DNA from: Mytilus californianus
Lineage: Eukaryota
Reading direction: 5' to 3'
Length of the DNA stretch: 64,000 nt
Assembly (NCBI RefSeq): GCF_021869535.1
Contig: NW_026262701.1
Coordinates: 3,286,001-3,350,000, forward strand
Shown: positions 1-12,237 of the stretch, one piece after another
How the letters are laid out: each line of letters begins with the position of its first letter
How positions within the stretch are numbered: position 1 is the first letter of the stretch
The notes under the pieces: generated by a model
Database searches by the model: none
What the model saw: the letters and a program-made list of their open reading frames with translations, nothing else
What the model was told of the DNA's origin: nothing
Made by a program: the position numbers and the translations under genes

Positions 1-655
1 CGACTTCAAGAGTTCTTGACGTTTGCTAATCTGAAACTTACGTAAAGAAAGGGGCCCAACCTCGCCCAATTTATATCATTTTCGAGCTTCAATTGCATTA
101 TAATTCTAATATTTTTTTTACGGATGTATTTGATTATCATAACGATTTAAAAGTGAACTAAGCAATGTTGTAATTAGATCTTTGAATATAGTTTACATTG
201 GCACTAATATCGATTTTGTCATCAGCAAATTAAAACATAACTAAATTTGTATTTTTTTCAAGTGGGATGTATAAAGACACACCCACGTTCGTTTAAATCT
301 ATAAAGAGGTTTAACTCCTAACTATCCTACTGTCTGTCGATACATTTATTTTTGGCATTGCACTAGTCATGTCTTCTTTGACTGTCCATGACGTTAAAAT
401 ACTAAATCCCTGGGATGTGTTTTAGTTGATTTTAGTCTCTGATGCATGATTTTTTATTATTAATTGTTTTGGTTTTTAACTAGCTGTCAGTAACTGCGAG
501 TACTCTCAAATCGTACTTTCTTGTTTATTTGACCTGTTGATACTAATTGTATTGCTTTTTTGTTATTTAATGTTATTCAGGGTTATATCTGGTCTATATA
601 CCAGCTTTTATAAGTGTTTGGTATAACTATAAATTTTCACTTCGTACTATGAACA

Positions 656-1088
656 TCAAAATTATTTATTTTGTAATAATATTTCCTTTCTCTATTGGTA
701 CTGCACACGTATACCTGACAACAAAATTATTTTCATTTACCTGTGTTTAAAGTTATTGCAAATGGATGGTATTTTTGTTCGAGCATATTGTTTTTCTTTA
801 ATTGTTTAACATTTCTTACCGATATAACATGTTACTTTTATTATTCTTCCCTTAGTTTATTTATTTTGTATTCAAAATTATTTATTTTGTAAAAATATTT
901 CCTTTCTCTATTGGTACTGTACAGGTATACCTAACAACAAAATTATTTTCATTTACCTGTGTTTAAAGTTATTGCAAATGGATGGTATTTTTGTTCGAGC
1001 ATATTGTTTTTTATTTAATTGTTTAACATTTCTTACCGATATAACATGTTACTTTTATTATTCTTCCCTTAGTTTATTTATTTTGTAT
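656..1088. repeat. Tandem duplication, 2 x ~216 bp
   Basis: tcaaaattatttattttgta...cccttagtttatttattttgta starts at 656 and again at 872, near-identical. Confidence 0.9.
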
Positions 1089-1679
1089 TTACATTGTGTC
1101 ATAGGTCAGATTTATTTGTTCAGTGTATGTTCAATGGTGTTAATATGTCCTTTGATTGAGTTAAGCTATTTCAGTTGATATTTTATAGTGTGTCTTTCTA
1201 TGTTGTGATGTTACACTATTGTTTCAGAAAAAGGGTGAAGGTTTGGTACCATTAAAACGTTTAAACCCGCTGCATTTGTTTGCACCTGTCCTAAGTCAGG
1301 AATCTGATGTTCAGTAGTTTTCGTTTGTTGATGTGGTTCATAAGTGTTTCTCGTTTCTCGTTTTTTATATCGATTAGACCGTTGGTTTTCCCGTTTGAAT
1401 GGTTTTACACTAGTAATTTTTTGGGGCCCTTTATAGCTTACTGTTCGGTGTGAGCCAAGGCTCCGTGTTGAAGACCGTACTGTGACCTTTAATGGTTTAC
1501 TTTAATTTATAAATTTTTACTTGGATGGAGAGTTGTCTCATTGGCACTCATACCACATTTTCTTATATCTAAGATTTAGATGACGTCAATAAAAACATTT
1601 TCGAAAAGGGTTTCAGTATCTTAGGAAATTATTTTAACATAATCTTTTCATACAAGAAGCTATAGAATCATCGAAGCAT

Positions 1680-1753
1680 GCATATAAAATTCTTTGATAC
1701 GGAAACTTTCACATTTGATTTGTTGATCCATTTTATTGAACCCTTTCCTACAG
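1680..1753 (+). other. Candidate 5'-UTR exon of the 89-aa microprotein gene (5' boundary uncertain)
   Basis: Strong donor CAG|GTAAGA at 1753/1754; the next good acceptor upstream of the ATG exon is tttcag|G at 5556/5557. Confidence 0.35.
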
Positions 1754-2769
1754 GTAAGACAAAAAGTTATTATATCTCATGTTTTTCATCAATAATTTAA
1801 GGACCCCGACGTAAATATTTTTGAGTTCTTGAAAAACAAAAATCGACATAATTTAAATACAAATGTAGACATATAGTGCATTTGTAGTGTCTTTTCTAAA
1901 TTATTTTATCAAGACGTTTCTATGTTTTTCTATTTTTTTAAAGGAGTTGTTATTGTCACATACTACGCGGAAAAAAATACATGATTCAAAGTAGTTTTTC
2001 GTTTATTTTAAAAGGAAATAAATGAATAATTCTTAGAAAGCGTTGTACCAACCGCATTAAAATTCAATAATTGTTTAAAATATTCCAAGTTGTGTTTTTG
2101 CACGGCATAACATTTTTATGTATGAATATGGATAAAAAAAGTTATGTAGAAACTCTACACTGTACAAAACTACCCGCAGTTCTTGGTGGGGTTCGTGTTG
2201 CTCAGTCTTTAGTTTTCTATGTTGGGTTTTGTGTTCTATTGTTTGTCTGTTTGTCTTTTACTATTTTAGCCATGGCGTTGTCAGTTTATTTTCGATATCA
2301 ATATATCGCAGGTAAAACACTCAGTTTAACTTTCAGATAAGGGTAAAATCAAAGCCAAAGCTACACCGAAAGTAATGTGAAATGCTGCTGACGCGACATC
2401 GTCACTACGTTACCACAATGTAACGTTCATAAACTGTCTCAAGAACCAATATGACGACTGGAAGCGCTAACAGTTATTACTTTTTATCATATAACTAGCA
2501 TTACTATGCTAGTTTTTGCATATGTGTATCGAGCGGAAGTAAGCTACCCTTAAATTCACACCTAGGCTAATAAAGCATCAATCAGTCTTATGTGACTTCA
2601 AGTATAATTCGCGTGATCGGGCTGTTATGGGACTATCAGTCTTGGAGCGTTCGTACATCGATAGTATAAAAAGATTAATGCATGACCTTTTCCATATCGG
2701 CCCATGTATCATCCGTCGACCCATATCAGACCTCTACGATCGTCTCGGGCTGATATATATATATATATA

Positions 2770-3380
2770 TTTCCGCAAATTTGCAGATTTAACATTGTTG
2801 TGCTGATAATTAGAGTAGTTATGTATATATAAAATTGAGAATGAGAATATATATGTCTCGATATCCTAATAGCATGAGTTCGATCCTGGCGAGGGAAAGA
2901 CAAAACTTTGCTCCCGCAAATTTGCAGATTTAACATTGTTGTGCTGATATTTAGAGTAGTTATGAATATAACATGTGTTTTCAGCCTTCACTGGCGACCC
3001 AATGGATGGATCTGTCGTAGAGTTGTCACTTGTTTAGACGTACTTATCAAAATGATTATTACTGCGATTGTATCATACGATCCTTTACGATAGATATTTA
3101 GATAATCTGCAATCAATTCCATCTTCATGCTTAATATGTCATGTATTGTGTTACAATTCTAAGATTCTACTGACGAGGAAAGGTAACACTAGGCCACCGA
3201 AAGCTGAATTATTGTTCAGTCTAGGTGGCCGAGAAAGAAAAAAAAGAGCGATGGACACAGTGCACGCGGTAGTGTCTCGGTATCCCAATATCATGAGATC
3301 GATTCCCGGCGAGGGAAGAACAAATATTTGCTTCCGCAAATTTACATACTCAACATTTTTTTGCTGATATTTAAATTAGT
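2770..3380 (+). mobile_element. Degenerate tandem copies of a tRNA-derived SINE-like repeat
   Basis: ccgcaaatttgcagatttaacattgttgtgctgata recurs at about 2773, 2915 and 3334. B-box-like GAGTTCGATCC (about 2876) and GAGATCGATTCCC (about 3295), and A-box-like TGGCCGAG (3226). Confidence 0.55.
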
Positions 3381-3749
3381 TATATATATATATATATATA
3401 CAAGTCTAAATTGAAAACAACGTTCAAACCTATGATTGCGTTGGATAAAAACCGCAATTTTTATACGTGTGCATGCAAAACAAATTTCTTGGTAGAGGGG
3501 TCTAAATACAACACAAACAACATTTTCCAAAAGACCAAAAAAGTGAAAAAGTATATTTTAACAAAACGCATTTGACTAGCAGGTCGAACAACTGATGTTC
3601 TTAAACCCTGCTGACTGCCATTGGCGATTGCCAAATAAACGGATCACCAGATGTAACAAAATGGATCTTATGATAATTTATTACCAAACAGAAAACAATA
3701 AACTTGCGGAAAAGATGGTATACCGCAAACATGAGGTGGAAAAATTTGT

Positions 3750-3793
3750 ACACCATATCCGGACTTCGACAATTAATGTCTCTTCAGTGATGT
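3750..3793 (-). ncRNA. Minimal type I hammerhead ribozyme, copy 1 (GAAG core variant)
   Basis: Minus strand: ACAUCA CUGAAGA GACA-UUAAU-UGUC GAAG UCCGGA UA^UGGUGU. Differs from copy 2 by one base at 3764. Confidence 0.7.
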
Positions 3794-4287
3794 TAGGAAT
3801 CGAAACGGTATTTGGAAGGCCATGTAATTTACCTCAATTTAGGATAGACTCTTGAATTTTGAAAGAGTCGAAATAGGATGAACGGATCATATAAACCCGA
3901 AGGCAAATATAATACAAGCCCAAACGAAAAAATATAAACAAGTCTAAATTGAAAACAACGTTCAAACCTATGATTGCGTTGGATAAAAACCGCAATTTTT
4001 ATACGTGTGCATGCAAAACAAATTTCTTGGTAGAGGGGTCTAAATACAACACAAACAACATTTTCCAAAAGACCAAAAAAGTGAAAAAGTATATTTTAAC
4101 AAAACGCATTTGACTAGCAGGTCGAACAACTGATGTTCTTAAACCCTGCTGACTGCCATTGGCGATTGCCAAATAAACGGATCACCAGATGTAACAAAAT
4201 GGATCTTATAATAATTTATTACCAAACAGAAAACAATAAACTTGCGGAAAAGATGGTATACCGCAAACATGAGGTGCAAAAATTTGT

Positions 4288-4331
4288 ACACCATATCCGG
4301 ATTTCGACAATTAATGTCTCTTCAGTGATGT
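4288..4331 (-). ncRNA. Minimal type I hammerhead ribozyme, copy 2 (intact core)
   Basis: Minus strand: ACAUCA CUGAAGA GACA-UUAAU-UGUC GAAA UCCGGA UA^UGGUGU. It has the CUGANGA and GAAA core boxes, a 4-bp stem II, a 6-bp stem I, a palindromic stem III and an AUA cleavage triplet (cut between 4294 and 4293). Confidence 0.85.
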
Positions 4332-4644
4332 TAGGAATCGAAACGGTATTTGGAAGGCCATGTAATTTACCTCAATTTAGGATAGACTCTTGAATTTTGA
4401 AAGAGTCGAAATAGGATGAACGGATCATATAAACCCGAAGGCAAATATGATACAAGCCCAAACGAACAAATATAAACAAGTCTAAATTGAAAACAACGTT
4501 CAAACCTATGATTGCGTTGGATAAAAACCGCAATTTTTATACGTGTGCATGCAAAACAAATTTCTTGGTAGAGGGGTCTAAATACAGCACAAACAACATT
4601 TTCCAAAAGACCAAAAAAGTGAAAAAGTTTACTATATATTATTA

Positions 4645-4689
4645 GTTACATAGTGTGCTAGTGACCTAGTTACCATCACACTATGTAAC
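4645..4689. repeat. Perfect 13-bp inverted repeat hairpin
   Basis: GTTACATAGTGTG (4645-4657) and CACACTATGTAAC (4677-4689), 19-nt loop. Confidence 0.9.
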
Positions 4690-5616
4690 GAATTTGTCTT
4701 ACCGACTATCTTAACATGTGGTATTTAGACTAGTGGCCTTTTAAAGTGATCAAGTCTTCAATACCTTTAGTATTAAGAATTCATTTGTCTATACAAAAAC
4801 AAATGCCAACAATAACAACTTGTTAGCTTTAAATGTGTTTTGTGAATTTATTTTAAGCGTTCATCATCAATTTCTTTGTCTGTTGAAATCTTTAAGATTT
4901 TTCCTCAACACCGTTGTCTGTTTAACTTGCGAAACGCTTCTGCGTCTTTTTTTTGTCGCCATCTTTTTGGTCTGAAAGGGAAGTAACTCCTTACGAACCC
5001 CATATGGTAACTAATCCTATATGGTAACAAACCTCATATTTTTAGGACACCTATATCAAATATATATAGTCACCACGTGTAGTTCTTTAACTATTCATAT
5101 CCCCATAAATCTATAGGCATTAGGAGGTACATGTATTTTACCGGCTCATCTGGGACAGGCACGTACAGAATGTGGCTGGGTAAAACATGTTACCCGGAGC
5201 CCAAACGAGCCTCCGCTCCATTATTTAACAGCAATGGACAGTTATTTGGAATTTCTCCATAAATGAACAAACCATTAAAATAAGTTGATAACGGCTTAAA
5301 TCATCTGATCGATACAAAGTAACAAAAACACAGTGTGGGCGTGACAGGGTATTTATACATCCCTATAACAAACAAAAAAAGACACTAAGTACAGATCTGA
5401 GAGTACTCCCAGTTACTAACAGCTAGTTGAAAGCCAATAACAAATAATGAAAAATCATTTATCTATCATCACCCTTCCAACATCAAATGGATTGTATAAT
5501 GACGTCATTGCAGTCCAGTATATAAGACCAGGGCACTTTTGTTGATTTTATTTCAGGTTCCTCTGTTGTGTTATAGAATCATTAGTTTTATATCCAGATG
5601 AAAACAGAAAACTGAT

Positions 5617-8600
5617 ATGGATAAACAATTGAAGAAGGACGCACAGTTAAAAGAACTAAGGGATTGTCAACGTGAGTTTCTAAATTGCAAGACGGAATAA
5701 ATGTCTCTGAAAATGTTAGTTAGAAATGGATAATTTATATAAACATTATTATTAACAAAATGATGATATTTTTTTGCCATAAAACACACAGCTAAACAAT
5801 TGTTAAATGCAATTATTGTACTCAATGCATCGGAAATATGAACATGCTATACAATATCTTATGTTTGTACCAACTTCAGCCCGAAATTTTACAGTTTATC
5901 TTAATGCCATTGAATTCATGACCCAATCCTTTTAAAATTTTATTGTGCTGTTTGTCAAGACAAAATGTAGGTCAAGATTGGTTTTGTCGATTTTTTACAT
6001 CAGTCATTCACATTCTTTGCTTTAATCTATGTTACTGTTTGTTAACAAACTTTACAGTCAAACTTGGTCTAATTTGTATGAACTAACAATGCAAAACAAT
6101 TAGTGAAGATATTTCATAAATCGAAAACAACGTCAGTAATTGCATTTCTCATCATATTACATCTAGGTTAAATTTCAGGTAGTTTTTATGGCTCAACTGA
6201 AGATCCAACAGAGTACTATGACATTGAAAGTAGGAATTTCGGTAAGTAAAACGCAACACTCTTATAATAGATGAATACACAAAAAATAAGGCAAAGTTGC
6301 TTTGGATATTGAATAGATATATGTCTTTTTGGACATTGTTTGATAAGGAGAATAGAGAAAAATACCAAAGGAAAAATCAAACTGACAATGCCATGACAAA
6401 ATACAATAAGATCAAAAGACTAACAATAGTATATAAAACACAACATTTAAAAACATACTGAGCAACACGAACCCCATCAGAATCTGGAGGAGGGATCTCT
6501 GGTGCTTCGGTAAGGTACGCAGATCATGCTCCACATCAGTCACCTGTCATGTTGCTGTAATATTATTATAAATATATAACTATATATCGGTGAAACGTCT
6601 AAATCGGCATGACATATGACCGACAACCTGTAAATATCTCTCGTTTATGTGTGCTGTTTGGTTGCTGTCTCCTTGACGTGTTTTAAATTTGGCATACACG
6701 AATTCAGGTAGATTCACTGTATACTATCTTGGATTGTACAATAGCAGTACACATTTGGTTTAGTTTATTGCCTAAATCTGCAAAGAAAAAGGTCCGGTAA
6801 GGGCTAATTTCGGCCTAAAATTCGAAGTACATCTGACGAAAGATTTTTGACATTTTATAAACACTTTAGTATCTTCTTCATTCGATTCAATTGGTTATTG
6901 TAAAAGATTTTGACTGACTTGGTCATTAAAAACGCTCAAATCCAAGCTTTAATATGAAAAATCGATCAAATATGCCATTTAACGTGACTTTTCAGATGAT
7001 TTTTTTCTAAAATGGAAATGGCCGCATTCGTGCTCACTCTCAACATTTATATATATTATGTACTATCATTTAATACAACATATATTTAAATATAAAGAAT
7101 GAACACAAGTGCGGCCACATCCATTTAAGACAAAACCGTCTGAAAATTAGCACAAATGTTTAAATTGTGAAGATATCAATATTTTTGCATGCAATAATGA
7201 TGCTAGTACCAGATGCATGTCCATTGTATTATCAAAAACAGCCCATATTTATGTAACAAAAGCATGTTTCTTTCCAATTAATAAGTAAAAGTTAACAATT
7301 TAACAACTTTGTAAAAATGATATATTTTGGGGCCAAAAAGGGGTCTTACCGGGCCTACTCCTTTAGAGATAGTTATGCAATTTATGCGAAAAACTGTTTA
7401 TTTGTATTAAGAAAAATAAGTGATTGATTGCAATATCTAAAATGTTTAAACAAATATCAATATTTGTTTTTTTAGGATCAAATTTTCAACTTGGCCATTT
7501 AACGAGAGATAACTCTTACTGTAAATTTTTTATACTGGATTGATAGTGAAATTTCCAATTTTTACTTGTAGCAAGAAAACAAATGACATCAATTTTCTTT
7601 TCATTTTCTTAAAGCATATTATAAAACATATCTTCTCATATTTTACTTCAAAATTCTATCTCATAGATTTCTTTTTATTCACAAAAAAATGTTTTCTCAT
7701 GAACAATCTATGGAAATTTGGGCAATTTGACACGACTTGTAGATTGTGACCCATACGTTTTATTATATTTTTGAAAAAAAGCATAGTAAAATCGTATGAC
7801 AAAGTATAAGGAAATTCTATCAGAGGAAATATATATCGATGATCCACCTTAATTTATTTTATAAGTATAAGAATCGATGAATTTAAAACATTTTAAATAA
7901 ACGAATATTAATAGGATATTGAATATAACTATATCAAGATAAGCAAAATGATAAGAAATATGTCTTATTATATTAGAAAAATATTCAAAACTATGTATCA
8001 CATAAGCACCAACTTGCATTATTTAACTTTATAGTATTTTAGAGTGTTATTATTGATATGAAAACAAAATGCATACACAATTTGGTGTAAGTCTGTGAGT
8101 TACCAAACCAACTACACAAAATTGATAAAAAAGAAACATAGAGAGCAATTTGCATACAGTCATCAACAGTAGAAATGAGTTATACTATATACCAAGATGT
8201 AGAACTGTTTGATTCTAAAAAGTTAAAAATAGAATAAATAAAAATTGTCAAGAAAACACCATACATTTGTGTTATATTTCAAAATGATAAAAAAAAACAT
8301 AATTAAGATATTATGACCAATGACAACCACTGATGATACTTTACTCCACAAATACACGACTACAAGTAAAACAATAATTAACAATACACTATCAGAGAAT
8401 GTTCGGAGTAACAGAAACAAGAACAAAACTTTAAATTTTGTTTTATATCGGAAGCTCGTTTCTGGATTTACTATCACCAGGAACGTTCAAATCCAAAGAT
8501 CTTGAATTCTAGTATGTACGAATACCAAAATAGATCAGCAGCTAACTCAAATTAATAACCTGTTGATATGTATTTTTTACCTGCCTTCACTCCGTGGGTG

Positions 8601-9128
8601 AACGTACAAGACAAATGCAAATGAATGTCACTTTGACGTCAAATGTGTCTGAAAACCCAGTCTTTTGCAAACAAAAACAAATAATAATATAAAAAAACCC
8701 ACTCTTTTGTCTATTGCTGAAGACCGTAAGCGTGCTTTGAATTACTTTGGTTTTTAATTGGTATATTTGAATATCCATCTCATTTAAGTTTATATAACAT
8801 TTTGTTAACTGAAACAACATCTTCACTCACTGAAAAGAAAAAAAATACTAATGAGGTAGAAACATAAAAAAGAATTAGTGTTTTCATTCAGAGCACCAGG
8901 TGTGTTGACTAGACACACATATATTATGTACAGTGATTGTTAAGCCTTATACAAATACAATACTTTCGCATTGCAGACAACTCTCGAGGAATCCGACCTC
9001 CTGTAGTTGAAGGTTGTGTCATAAATCTAGGCAGTTTTGCGAAAGAGGCTTCCAGTAATACATCAGCTGTACCAGTAGGACCAACTCCACCACCACCACC
9101 GCCACCACCTCCCAATCCGCCAACATAA
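5617..9128 (+). CDS. Uncharacterised 89-aa protein with C-terminal polyproline tract (3 coding exons)
   Basis: Exons 5617-5671, 6179-6241 and 8977-9128 have canonical GT-AG sites (C|gtgagt, tttcag|, G|gtaagt, ttgcag|), phases 1/1, and total 270 nt. Product: MDKQLKKDAQLKELRDCQRSFYGSTEDPTEYYDIESRNFDNSRGIRPPVVEGCVINLGSFAKEASSNTSAVPVGPTPPPPPPPPPNPPT*. An in-frame TGA lies upstream (5599) and AATAAA signals lie at about 9203 and 9220. Confidence 0.7.
6782..7364. mobile_element. MITE with imperfect ~40-bp terminal inverted repeats
   Basis: aaagaaaaaggtccggtaagggc... at the left end versus ...gggtcttaccgggcctactccttt at the right end. Confidence 0.65.
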
Positions 9129-9396
9129 ACATAACCTTTTCATTTTGACCTTTAACATATCGACCACGAATGCATTTTGTGAGCAGTAAATTGTTATAAA
9201 AAAATAAAAAAGAATGTATAATAAATATTTTTGTATTTCTTTGAGAAACAAGATCATAACGTAAGTTACATCAGATCAAATTGATCGTATTTATAATGGT
9301 TTGTATGTATTTAAGTGTATGTTTTAACCAATCGCTTCCAATATTTTAAATTACCGTAGGGCAGTAACTATCTGTACCCGTATTGTTCGCAATCTC

Positions 9397-9620
9397 GAGG
9401 GAACACACAGACGAAACAAATCATAGTTCACAATCCTAAAAACGGAACACACCAACAAAAATTATAGTTCACTATCCTGAGGGAACACATCAACAAAACA
9501 AATTATAGTCCACAATCCTGAAGGAACACCAAAAGGAACACATAAACGAAACAAATAATGCTCACAATCTACTTGGAACACTAGACCAACAGATCGTTCA
9601 TGATCTAAAGGGAACATATG
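9397..9620. repeat. Degenerate ~41-bp minisatellite, about 5 copies
   Basis: Recurring ggaacac...aaacaaattatagttcacaatcctga units. Confidence 0.6.
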
Positions 9621-12237
9621 AACAACTATTTGAAAATTTGAAAGGCATTATGCGTCCAGAGAGAAAACCATAATTTAGAACGTTGCTGCATATTCATACA
9701 CCCTTAACACCTAACGGTATATGACTTAATCTGATAACTTCAGCATATTTAAATATAGATCGATAGTATGGAATCGGAAATTAGCAAATAACTTATTTCT
9801 AAACATTGATAAATAACTTATGTCGATCCTTTATTTTGTAATTCACGGTTATTTAATTTAATGAAATGTCTTGACTGCAGCTTCCCTTTTTTCATCGTCT
9901 ATCATTGTAAACCTGCTGCAAGTTTTCATATGAAATTCGAATTCATTTAACTGTCATATGCATTTTCGGTATGTAACACAGATTTTGTATTCTCAAATTC
10001 AGACTATGAATTGTTTCCAAAGTATTTTTTGAAGTAAAATATATCCGTAAATATATTCGAACCAATTTTGGTATGCTATGATTTTCAACGAGATATATCT
10101 TTCAGACAAAATAAAAAGAAAGATAATAATATGTGGATTTGGCAATGATGCTTAAAACATTGCACGTATTTACTTTTTAGATATTTTCTTTTATCAAAAT
10201 GTACCCCACTAAAAGGTGTTGAAAGATGACCTAGCTGACGCTTACGTTCAGAACATTCTAATCTCACGGAAACATACTATTCCGGTACGTTAAATCAGAC
10301 CATTAAAACTTGCTACTTGACCAGTATCGCATCAGAACATACCTTTTATATCGATGCATTTTAATTCATGTAATTATAACGCAATCATACATCTTAACCA
10401 TTTCTTTTCTTCGTATATCCATTAATTCAAATAGTTACCCGTACATGTAGCTCACAATGCGCTACAGTCAATTCATTAGAAATTAATTGAACATGAAAGA
10501 TAATTAACAGGACAGTTCCTACTTTGTAAGACTTAAACACTTTTCTTGTAAATTATCAGTTTAAATTATCAGTTGACTAGTGTTAGTTTGTCACCGTCTT
10601 TTGGATGAACAAATTTTTTTTTCCTCCGTAAAAATGTTTCTTTACATAAATGTTACCATTTCGTCTAATTTCTTTCTTTTAATTTGTTAATATAATAAAA
10701 AAATATATATTGAGGTATTTTAAAACTAGGACAAAATCGATTTCAGATAGGAAAGGAATAATATCAAAGCCAACTGCGAAATCCACACTGCATAGTTTAG
10801 AAACGAGATATTATATATATATACATACACAAATATAATTATTTATGAAAACAATATATACTGTTTAGGTGAAATGAAATTGTGGTTGGTGGTGTGATGC
10901 TTTTTTAAACCATGTTATAAAATATACTACTAAATATACTTAATAACATGAACAGAATCAGCAAATTTACTAGAAGAACGTACAAGATTGTGTACTGTAA
11001 GTCAATTAATATAGTTGTAAACATCAGATGATTCATCCTTGACCTGTTCTCCGCTGAATCTATAAACGTCACACTTCAAGGTTAGTAAATTTATATATAA
11101 TTTGTTTCAGTAAAGAAATATGTATTCCCAGTATCAGTTTCAATAGTAAAATGCATTGAACTATTGTTACCACTGTGATAATATATATTGTTACTTATAA
11201 GGAAAGTAATTAGTGATAGATATGATATACATATACATCTAAGATTACCAAAATTCAATTAAGGTTTTAGTATAACTGATGCTCTGGAGGGGTGAGGATC
11301 GAGAGGGTATTAATTTTTTTAACATTAGGGTCATTTTTCTTTGTTTTTTTTATATTGATTCTGTCTATTATTCTTTATAAGTCTATGTTTTCAGCGGCCC
11401 ATTATTCATTCAATTATTCTTTATTGTTTTACCCATTATTTTCCATTCTGTAAACCACATCTAGACCCTCGTAAATAATCCGGTATGCAAAATTATTTTT
11501 TATTATGTTTTATAATTCTCAACCATCAACTTTCCTGTGTACATTACAAGTATGAATTCCAAACATGTTAAATATTTGATTTTACTGTAAATCAGTAATT
11601 GTATTTTTCAATCAAGCTTTATGTTGTGCATCCTTGAATACGAACATAACACTATGAAAATACACAAATAAATAAGATGAACAATGAAAGTACTATATAT
11701 GTACTGCTATGTTTATAATTTAATGATTCAATAAAATGTTGTATTTTGTTACATAAATTGGAAGTATTTTGTTACTAATAAATGTTAAACTATACTGTAG
11801 AGTTGTGTCCGTGGAGATTCTTCTTTATTTTTTCCCTTCAATCACGTCAATGCTATACATTTTAAGTGTATTGTGAATTTAAAACAAAAAAAAACATATT
11901 TATGTCAGAAACAATAATTATATATGAATGTATGATCTAAAAGGTATCTAAATTAAACATAAATCAGAAGAGCTGTATTTGACGTCCCTTGGCGTCTGTC
12001 TTTCCGAAGCCACTGGTCACAGGGGAGGGATTGGGTTTCTCAGAAGACAAATTTTTGTACGGAAGTACGGATTGGGTTGAATAAATATTATATAAAACGA
12101 TCAATGCAAGGTGTTTACAGGCATCATAATATAGATAACTCCACGAAATTGCACCCCATTGATATATTTGACATTCCAAAAAAGTGACACATACTAACGG
12201 CACGTCGGTGTGACAATTATATTCAAAGAGTCAATAT

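Larger units (their letters stand above)
3399..4628 (-). mobile_element. 538-bp tandem array (about 2.3 units) carrying hammerhead ribozymes; retrozyme-like element
   Basis: Units start at 3401, 3939 and 4477 (period exactly 538). The left end abuts a (TA)10 run. Each full unit holds a type I hammerhead motif on the minus strand. Confidence 0.85.

Noticed and set aside
3219-3312. Possible tRNA gene
   Set aside because: It has only degenerate A and B boxes, an inserted A-rich run and no clean cloverleaf, and it is repeated as part of a SINE-like unit.
3595-4606. Repeated 86-aa and 79-aa ORFs (3595, 4133; 3829, 4367)
   Set aside because: They recur only because of the 538-bp tandem unit. They have no recognisable domain and overlap on opposite strands; the conserved signal is the RNA structure.
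6832-6870. CTGACGA as another hammerhead core
   Set aside because: No stem II followed by GAAA and no stem I/III pairing; it lies inside a MITE.
8924-9115. Minus-strand poly-Gly ORF (MGGGGGGGGG...)
   Set aside because: It is the antisense shadow of the polyproline exon, which has the splice and poly(A) support on the + strand.
11964-12203. GC-richer segment with a 79-aa minus-strand ORF
   Set aside because: No recognisable homology and no convincing splice sites linking it to neighbouring exons.
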